Part shown: piece after piece, positions 16,251 to 22,225 of the stretch
How the letters are laid out: each line of letters starts with the position of its first letter
Position numbering within the stretch: position 1 is the stretch's first letter
From: Archangium sp.
Lineage (GTDB): Bacteria > Myxococcota > Myxococcia > Myxococcales > Myxococcaceae
Reading direction: 5' to 3'
Assembly: GCA_031367385.1 (NCBI GenBank)
Contig: JANLPS010000250.1
Location: forward strand, 1 to 22,225
DNA length: 22,225 nt
Notes under the pieces: generated by a model
What the model saw: the letters and a program-made list of their open reading frames with translations, nothing else
Database searches by the model: none
Told to the model about the DNA's origin: nothing
Made by a program: the position numbers and the translations under genes

Positions 16251-18584
16251 TCATTTCGAGGTCAAAGAGCTGACGCCGTCCCAGTCGCTGGGGGGCGGGT
16301 TGGCTGCAAAGCCTTCGATCTCGGTCAGGTATTTTCGCGAGGGGTAGTCGCCAGGCCACAGCGTGAGCACCTTCTCGAAGAGCGCCTTGGCGTGGTCGAA
16401 GCGGCGGTTCGTCCACTCCGTGAGGGCCTGCTCGAAGGTCGCGATGGCGATGGCCTCGTCACCAGCCGGCTGCCCCTCGCCGCGCAGCTCGAAAATGTTC
16501 ACTGGCAACCGTTTGCCTTTGACGCGCACGCCCCCCAGGCGCCGGCAGATCATCACGTCTTTCGCGAAGACCCAGGTGCTCTCGGCGATGATGATCTTGG
16601 TGTCGTATTCTTTGTTGGTGCCCTCGAGGCGCGAGCCCAGGTTCACCGAGTCTCCGAGCACGGTGTAGTCGACGCGCACATCAGACCCCATGTTGCCGAC
16701 GATCATCTGCCCGGTGTTCACGCCGATGCCGATCTCGAGCTCAGGCAGCCCCTTGGCGCGCCACCCGGCTTTGAGCTCTTCGAGCTTGATCAACATCTTC
16801 ACCGAAGCCCGGCAGGCGCGAATCGCGTGGTCGGCCTGAGTGAGTGGCGCGTTCCAAAACGCCATCACGGCGTCGCCGATGTACTTGTCGAGGGTGCCCT
16901 TCTCGTCGAAGACGATCTTCGTCATCGGCGAGAGGTACTGGTTGATGAAGTCGGCCAGCACCTCGGGCGTCATGCGCTCTGAGAGCGTGGTGAACCCGCG
17001 AATGTCGCTGAAGAGCACCGTCATTTCGCGCTTTTCGCCGCGGTTGAGCAGGTCGGGGTTGGCGAGCGCGACCTCCATGACGTCTTCGCCGAGGTAGCGG
17101 GTGAAGGTCGAACGCATCTTGAGCTTTTCGCGGTCGACCGAGAGGTAGCCCAAGAAGATGGTGCCGAACGACGAGGCCAAGAGGGTCGCCAGAGGCACGA
17201 CCGTCGACACCTGCGTGCCCTTCAAGAAGAGCACGTAGTCAGCGACGAGCCAGGCCCCGCAGCCCGCGACGGCGATGATCGCCTTGACCACGAACGATTT
17301 CGAGCGCCCCATCATCGCGCCCAGGCCGATGCAGAGCACCAGCATCGCGACGAGCTCGGCGAGCTTCGCGAACCATGGGCGCGTGAGAAACTGCCGTTTG
17401 AGAATATTCGAGACCATCGCCGCGTGGGTGTAGACGCCCGGCTCGATCTCTTTGAACGGGGTGACGCGCTGATCGCCGCTGCTGCCGGCGATGGTGACGC
17501 CCAACAGCACGGTCTTGCCGATGAGCTCGATGCCGGCCGTGCCGTTGAGCACGTCGACCGCGCTGATGGTCTTGAAGTGCGAGCCCGGGCCCTCGTAGTC
17601 GATCAACGTGAAGCTCGAAGAGGGCTCGAACGGCACCAGAATTCTGCTCTCGTCAGGCAGCCTCAGGCTCGCGCCCTGAAGGTCAGACTCGCCCCGGTTC
17701 CACCCGGGTTCGATCTCTGCGCCGAGCGACTGCGCCGCGGTCTCGAGCGACATCGCTGGCAAGAGCCCGGTCGGGCCGGTGAGCTTCGAGAACAGCGCCA
17801 TTCGCCGAATCGTGCCGTCGACGTCGGGCACCATCGAGAAGTGACCAACCCGCGTACCCGCACCCGCGAACCGAGGCAACGGCATCTGCGCCGAATAGTT
17901 CGACCACATGGGGAGCGTCTTGATTGGCAGCTCGAGCGTGACTCCGGAGGAGCCGAGGGTCACCGTCTTGAGCAGGTAGGGCTCGACCAATGCATTGAAC
18001 TGGGCGGTTTGCTCGAGACTGAAATCGCGATCGCGCTCGGCCTCTCCGAACGGTATCGCGCCCTGCACGATCACCCTCGCGCCATGTCTGAAGGCAGCCT
18101 CGAGCTCATCATCGGGCGTCGACTGGCCGGCTTTCATCAGCCGGTTCTTGAGCGGCACCAACGCTTCTGGGAGCGGATCGGCGGTCAACAGCTCGGTCAA
18201 CACCTGGCGCTCGACCTCATGCGGGTCGGCCGTCATGTCGGTGAACGTCATATCCATACCGATGGCTTTGACGTTGAGGTCGACGAGCTTGGTGAGCAAC
18301 TGCGCCATCACTGATCGCGACCATGGCCAGAGCCCGTACTTGTGGGTGCTCCGCTCGTCGATGGCGACGACCACCACGTCGGTCGGGCTGTCATCGACGC
18401 CCCGAATTCGAAACTTGAGGTCAGAGGCCCGACCCTCGAGCTGCGCGACCCCGCGGTGCACCACGCCGTAGTCGGTGCCCGAGGCCCCAACGATGGGAGC
18501 GACCGTCTGCAGATGAGCCACCACACCGAGCAGACCGACAGCGAGGGCCAGGAGCTCGTACCGCCACCGCGAAACACCGGTCAT
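16251..18584 (-). CDS. CHASE2-domain membrane class III adenylate/guanylate cyclase with C-terminal TPR-like helical domain
   Basis: CHASE2 motifs [52 protein letters not shown], then 3 TM helices. Cyclase motifs [44 protein letters not shown]. Start reassigned to ATG 18584. Confidence 0.94.
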   Translation of the reverse strand: MTGVSRWRYELLALAVGLLGVVAHLQTVAPIVGASGTDYGVVHRGVAQLEGRASDLKFRIRGVDDSPTDVVVVAIDERSTHKYGLWPWSRSVMAQLLTKLVDLNVKAIGMDMTFTDMTADPHEVERQVLTELLTADPLPEALVPLKNRLMKAGQSTPDDELEAAFRHGARVIVQGAIPFGEAERDRDFSLEQTAQFNALVEPYLLKTVTLGSSGVTLELPIKTLPMWSNYSAQMPLPRFAGAGTRVGHFSMVPDVDGTIRRMALFSKLTGPTGLLPAMSLETAAQSLGAEIEPGWNRGESDLQGASLRLPDESRILVPFEPSSSFTLIDYEGPGSHFKTISAVDVLNGTAGIELIGKTVLLGVTIAGSSGDQRVTPFKEIEPGVYTHAAMVSNILKRQFLTRPWFAKLAELVAMLVLCIGLGAMMGRSKSFVVKAIIAVAGCGAWLVADYVLFLKGTQVSTVVPLATLLASSFGTIFLGYLSVDREKLKMRSTFTRYLGEDVMEVALANPDLLNRGEKREMTVLFSDIRGFTTLSERMTPEVLADFINQYLSPMTKIVFDEKGTLDKYIGDAVMAFWNAPLTQADHAIRACRASVKMLIKLEELKAGWRAKGLPELEIGIGVNTGQMIVGNMGSDVRVDYTVLGDSVNLGSRLEGTNKEYDTKIIIAESTWVFAKDVMICRRLGGVRVKGKRLPVNIFELRGEGQPAGDEAIAIATFEQALTEWTNRRFDHAKALFEKVLTLWPGDYPSRKYLTEIEGFAANPPPSDWDGVSSLTSK

Positions 18585-18669
18585 GGCCGCGAAGAGTAGT
18601 CGACTTCTCGAAGGCCCAAGAATGAAACTCCGACTTCCCTGCGCTCGGGCGACTGGTAGAAGCCGCTTC

Positions 18670-19704
18670 GTGGCCACGACTTACAAGCAAGCAGGCGTCG
18701 ACATCGAGGCCGGAGACGCCCTCGTCGAGCGAATCAAGCCCCACGCGGCCCGCACCCGGCGCCCTGAATTGCTCTCGGGGGTCGGGGGGTTCGGAGGCCT
18801 GTTCGCGATACCTCCAGGCAAGTACCGCGAGCCGGTTCTCGTCAGCGGCACCGACGGCGTGGGTACCAAGCTCAAGCTGGCCTTCGCTCTGAACAAGCAC
18901 GACACCGTCGGCCAAGATCTGGTGGCGATGTCGGTCAACGACGTGCTCACCAGCGGCGCTGAGCCGTTGTTTTTTCTCGACTATTTCGCGACCTCACGCC
19001 TCGACGTCGATCAGGCCGAGAAGGTCATCGCCGGCATCGCGCGCGGCTGTGAACTGGCGGGCTGCTCGTTGCTCGGCGGCGAGACGGCCGAGGTGCCCGG
19101 GTTTTATTCGACCGGCGAATACGAGCTGGCCGGGTTCTGCGTCGGCGTGGTCGAGAAGTCTGAGATCATCTCGGGCAAAGACATCACCCCCGGTGACCGG
19201 GTGCTCGGCCTGCTCTCGAGCGGGCTGCACTCGAACGGGTATTCATTGGCGCGCAAGGTGCTCGCCGACGCTGGAGTGCCCTTGTCAGGCCAGGTCGACG
19301 GGCTCTCGATTGGCGAGGCCTTGCTGGCGCCGACCACGATCTACGTGAAAGACATTCTGGCCCTGAGGGGCGAGGTGAAGCTCAAAGGCCTCGCCCACAT
19401 CACCGGGAGCGGCTTGCCAGGCAACGTGCCTCGCTGTCTGCCTGATGGGCTCAAGGCGGTCTTGAAAGAATCGGCGTGGCCGAGGGCAAAAATCTTCGAC
19501 GTGCTGCAGAAGCTTGGTCAAATCGAGCGCGACGAGATGTTCAGCGCGTTCAACATGGGGTTGGGCATGACGGTGGTGGTGGCCGAGGGCGACGTGGCGA
19601 AGGCGTTGGCCGTGCTCAAAGCGCGCGGGGTCGCGGCGTATGACGTGGGCGTGATCGAAGCCGGCGTGGCAGGTGCCGAGGCCGAGGCGATCGTCATTTC
19701 ATGA
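18670..19704 (+). CDS. purM: Phosphoribosylformylglycinamidine cyclo-ligase (AIR synthetase)
   Basis: [62 protein letters not shown] start at 18670. Confidence 0.97.
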   Translation: MATTYKQAGVDIEAGDALVERIKPHAARTRRPELLSGVGGFGGLFAIPPGKYREPVLVSGTDGVGTKLKLAFALNKHDTVGQDLVAMSVNDVLTSGAEPLFFLDYFATSRLDVDQAEKVIAGIARGCELAGCSLLGGETAEVPGFYSTGEYELAGFCVGVVEKSEIISGKDITPGDRVLGLLSSGLHSNGYSLARKVLADAGVPLSGQVDGLSIGEALLAPTTIYVKDILALRGEVKLKGLAHITGSGLPGNVPRCLPDGLKAVLKESAWPRAKIFDVLQKLGQIERDEMFSAFNMGLGMTVVVAEGDVAKALAVLKARGVAAYDVGVIEAGVAGAEAEAIVIS

Positions 19705-20303
19705 TGCGCGTCGGCGTCTTGGCCTCCGGGAGCGGGTCGAACTTTCAGGCGCTCGTCGAGCGGCTGAACGTGGCGAGCTCTCCGGCGCGGGTCGAGGTGC
19801 TGCTGTGCAACGTGCCCACCGCGAAGGCGCTCGAGCGTGCGAAGGCGCTGGCGGTGCCGACGGTGGTGCTCGATCACAAGGCCTTCGCTGACCGCACGGC
19901 CTTCGACGAGGCAGCGGCGGCCGAGCTGAAGGCGCGGCAGGTCGATTTGGTGTGCCTGGCCGGGTACATGCGGCTGGTGACTCCGGCGTTCTTGCGGCAC
20001 TTCACGGGGCGGGTGATCAATGTGCACCCCGCGCTGTTGCCCTCATTTCCCGGGCTGCACGGGGCCCGGCAGGCGCTGCAGAAGGGCGTCAAGGTGACGG
20101 GTTGTACGGTGCACTTCGTCGATGAGGGTACTGATACCGGGCCGATCATCGCGCAGGCGGCCGTGCCGGTGCTGCCGGGCGATGACGAGACGTCACTCGG
20201 CGCTCGAATTCAAGTCGAGGAGCACCGGCTGTTCGCTGAAGTCGTTCGGGCCATCGCCGATGAGCGCGTGCGGTTGGTCGGCGGCCAGGTGGTGACCTCG
20301 TGA
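19701..20303 (+). CDS. purN: Phosphoribosylglycinamide formyltransferase
   Basis: [48 protein letters not shown] overlap with purM. Confidence 0.97.
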   Translation: MMRVGVLASGSGSNFQALVERLNVASSPARVEVLLCNVPTAKALERAKALAVPTVVLDHKAFADRTAFDEAAAAELKARQVDLVCLAGYMRLVTPAFLRHFTGRVINVHPALLPSFPGLHGARQALQKGVKVTGCTVHFVDEGTDTGPIIAQAAVPVLPGDDETSLGARIQVEEHRLFAEVVRAIADERVRLVGGQVVTS

Positions 20304-20315
20304 GCGGGCCACCCG

Positions 20316-20371
20316 GTGAACGTGTACACGTTGCCTCCAGAGAACTCGCACGTTCACTCCAGAGAACGTGT
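20316..20371. repeat. Palindrome plus two 22-bp-period direct repeats
   Basis: Perfect palindrome AACGTGTACACGTT (20319-20332). CACGTTnnCTCCAGAGAAC at 20327-20345 and 20349-20367. Confidence 0.7.
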
Positions 20372-20410
20372 GATTTTCGAAACCGAAGCGCGAGCCGGAG
20401 CACCAGAGCT

Positions 20411-20481
20411 CTCATGGTGAGCCTGTCGAAATACGGCACGGTGACCCAGGCTTCATCCTTCGAGTCCCTCAGGATGAGCGG
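20411..20481. repeat. REP-like imperfect palindromic intergenic element
   Basis: CTCATGGTGAGCCTGTCGAA (20411-20430) and TTCGAGTCCCTCAGGATGAG (20459-20478) are inverted, with 14/20 complementary positions. Confidence 0.6.
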
Positions 20482-20520
20482 GGCTGCCTCTCGACTCCCG
20501 TGGCCCGGGCAGGTGCGCGC

Positions 20521-21987
20521 GTGACCGCCGTGCTCGCCCGCCGCAACCCCGGCCCGGCCCGTCACGTTTACGACGTCATCGTGCTCGGCGGTCAGCTCGG
20601 AGGCATCATCTCGGCCACCCTGCTCGCTCGCCGCGGCATGCAGGTGTTGTTCATCGATCACGACACCGGCGCGGCCCCGTACCACCACGCGGAGTGTAAG
20701 CTCTCGCACGCTCCGTTCATCGTGCCCGCCCTCAAGCAGCTCTCGGTGCTCGACGAAATTCTCACCGAGGTCGGCCTGCTCAGCACCGTGCAGCGCCTCA
20801 TGCACCCGGTCACCGTGCAGGTGCTCACCGGCAACGCCCGCTTCGAGCTCCACGCCGAGGCCGACACACGCACCAAAGAGCTCAAGCGCGCCTTGAGCAC
20901 CGGGGCCGACGCCTTCGAGTCGATGTGGCAGCAGACGCTGCGCACCGGCAGTGACTCCGACGCGTTCTTCGCCAGCAAGCCCGACCTGCCACCCGAGGGC
21001 ATTCTCGGCCGCTGGCGCTTTCGCCGCACGCTCCGGCGCTTCGCCCAGGCCCTCGAAGCCGACTCGCCCCTTCGCGACGCCACCCTGCTGGGCCTGGGCC
21101 CGTACCTGACCGGCCTCGAGCACCCAAGCCCGCTCGCGCTCGCTCGAACCCTCGGCAAAACCCTCGCGTCTCCGCACCTGGTCACCGGTGGCCGCGAAGG
21201 CCTGCACCACGTCTTCACCGACCGCGCCCGCGAGCTTGGAGTCGACGTGCTCGGGTCGGGTGACACCGTCGAAGCGCTCAGCTTCGAGGGCAGCAAACCG
21301 GTAGGTATTCGTCTGACTCGCAACGACACCATCTATCGCGGCGCCTTCATCATCGCCGGCTGCGATGTCTCGACCCTCGCGCCGCTGGTGCCCGAAACGC
21401 GCCGAAAACCGCTGCAAAAATGGGTATCTGCGCTCGAGCCCAAGCGCGCGGTGTTCACCATGAACGTGGTGTTGCCCGAGCGTGCGCTCCCTCGGGGGCT
21501 CGGGGCGCTGGCGATGTTCGATTCGCCAGACGTCGAGCTTGGTGGTCTGCTCGTGCAGGTGAGCCCAGCCGAGCTTGCGGCCGATCGAATCTTGAGCCTC
21601 TCCGCGAAGGTACCCCTGGCGCTGCGCGCTGGCGGAGAACCCGCCGTCAAAGCCCTGATGACCCGGGTGTGGGCCGCGGTCGACGGGGTCATGCCATTTA
21701 CCAAGCAGCACGCGCGGCTGGAGTCTTCGGCGTGGATGGATGCTCCGCGGGTGGTCGCGGGCGTGTTCGAGCCCCTGCCGTTGCTGCCGCAGGTCGAAGA
21801 ATCGGTGTTGGGCGTGTCGGGGCTGACGTTGTCGAGCCCGTACCAACGGCTGCTCTTCGCCAATCGCCAGGTGCTGCCGGGCCTGGGTTTCGAAGGTGAA
21901 GTGCTCACCGCGCTGCGTGCGGTGCGACTCGTCGAGCGGGTGCTGCACAAGAACGACCCGCTCAAACACCGGAGGCCGGCGGCATGA
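20521..21987 (+). CDS. FAD/NAD(P)-binding oxidoreductase, phytoene-desaturase-like fold, atypical dinucleotide motif
   Basis: YDVIVLGGQLGGIISATLLARRGMQVLFID Rossmann-like N-terminus and C-terminal RQVLPGLGFEG. Start uncertain (GTG at 20500, 20521 or 20530). Confidence 0.8.
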   Translation: MTAVLARRNPGPARHVYDVIVLGGQLGGIISATLLARRGMQVLFIDHDTGAAPYHHAECKLSHAPFIVPALKQLSVLDEILTEVGLLSTVQRLMHPVTVQVLTGNARFELHAEADTRTKELKRALSTGADAFESMWQQTLRTGSDSDAFFASKPDLPPEGILGRWRFRRTLRRFAQALEADSPLRDATLLGLGPYLTGLEHPSPLALARTLGKTLASPHLVTGGREGLHHVFTDRARELGVDVLGSGDTVEALSFEGSKPVGIRLTRNDTIYRGAFIIAGCDVSTLAPLVPETRRKPLQKWVSALEPKRAVFTMNVVLPERALPRGLGALAMFDSPDVELGGLLVQVSPAELAADRILSLSAKVPLALRAGGEPAVKALMTRVWAAVDGVMPFTKQHARLESSAWMDAPRVVAGVFEPLPLLPQVEESVLGVSGLTLSSPYQRLLFANRQVLPGLGFEGEVLTALRAVRLVERVLHKNDPLKHRRPAA

Positions 21988-22225
21988 GCACCGTGAACGT
22001 GATGGCCCGCGAAGTCGCGGCGAAGGTCGTCTTCTATGGCCCTGGGTTGTCGGGCAAGACCACTTCGCTCAAGCGCATCTATGAGACGATCAAGCCCTCG
22101 TTGCGCGGCGAGCTGATGTCGCTGCCCACCGAGGCCGATCGCACCCTGTTCTTCGACTTCTTGCCGGTTCGGGTCGAGCGGGTTGGCGACTATTCGCTGC
22201 GGCTCGCGCTCTACACCGTACCCGG
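21984..22225 (+). CDS. MglA-family small Ras-like GTPase paralogue, N-terminal part (3' truncated by window)
   Basis: Manual translation: MSTVNVMAREVAAKVVFYGPGLSGKTTSLKRIYETIKPSLRGELMSLPTEADRTLFFDFLPVRVERVGDYSLRLALYTVP(G). P-loop, DRTLFFDFLP switch I and LYTVPG G3 are MglA signatures. ATGA overlap with the upstream gene. Confidence 0.92.
   Translation, partial: MSTVNVMAREVAAKVVFYGPGLSGKTTSLKRIYETIKPSLRGELMSLPTEADRTLFFDFLPVRVERVGDYSLRLALYTVP

Noticed and set aside
14790..18584. Pycsar/CBASS-like anti-phage system (cyclase plus cNMP-binding protein plus MBL)
   Set aside because: The cyclase is a membrane CHASE2 sensor with adenine-type Lys/Thr residues, and the cNMP domain is fused to an HTH rather than a TIR or TM effector. 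Context and codon usage look like core genome.
18601..18656. CGACTTC direct repeats (18601, 18631, partial at 18650) between cyclase and purM
   Set aside because: Short, irregularly spaced and a common word in this genome, so not distinguishable from chance.
20316..20481. CRISPR array or tRNA/riboswitch
   Set aside because: Only two repeat units separated by about 3 nt, no cas genes, and no cloverleaf or riboswitch consensus that I can recognise.
20146..21969. 607 aa minus-strand ORF
   Set aside because: Antisense to the oxidoreductase and purN and runs through the intergenic repeats, with typical shadow-ORF composition.
21984..22225. Calling the GTPase mglA or sofG
   Set aside because: There is no upstream mglB, the N-terminus differs from canonical MglA as I recall it, and the gene is truncated by the window.

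Overview
GC-rich myxobacterial (Myxococcaceae/Archangiaceae-like) chromosomal window made of two housekeeping/motility blocks separated by a ~1.8 kb accessory insert. Left block (1-12971): 3' end of an ECF sigma factor, a zinc-binding anti-sigma, frzS (pseudo-receiver plus coiled coil), a minus-strand run (HARE-HTH/degenerate Mrr-like protein, two lipoproteins, birA, coaX, a helical-repeat protein), a PQQ-type beta-propeller protein, a membrane-anchored hypothetical and udk. Insert (~12990-14780): two type II toxin-antitoxin pairs (RHH-ParE/RelE and AbrB-Doc), each with an upstream palindrome, flanking a probably broken pseudo-receiver gene. Right block (14790-22225): a complete three-gene cyclic-nucleotide module (CHASE2 class III cyclase, atypical Crp-family protein, metallo-beta-lactamase phosphodiesterase), purM-purN, a repeat-rich intergenic region, an FAD-dependent oxidoreductase and the 5' end of an MglA-family GTPase paralogue that is missing from the ORF track. 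Best leads: the cyclase-Crp-PDE cassette, a TTGAC-N6-GTCA palindrome shared by the crp and frzS promoters, and the apparently catalytically dead HARE-HTH-Mrr protein with an Arg-rich disordered tail. All calls come from reading the sequence by eye; no searches were run.
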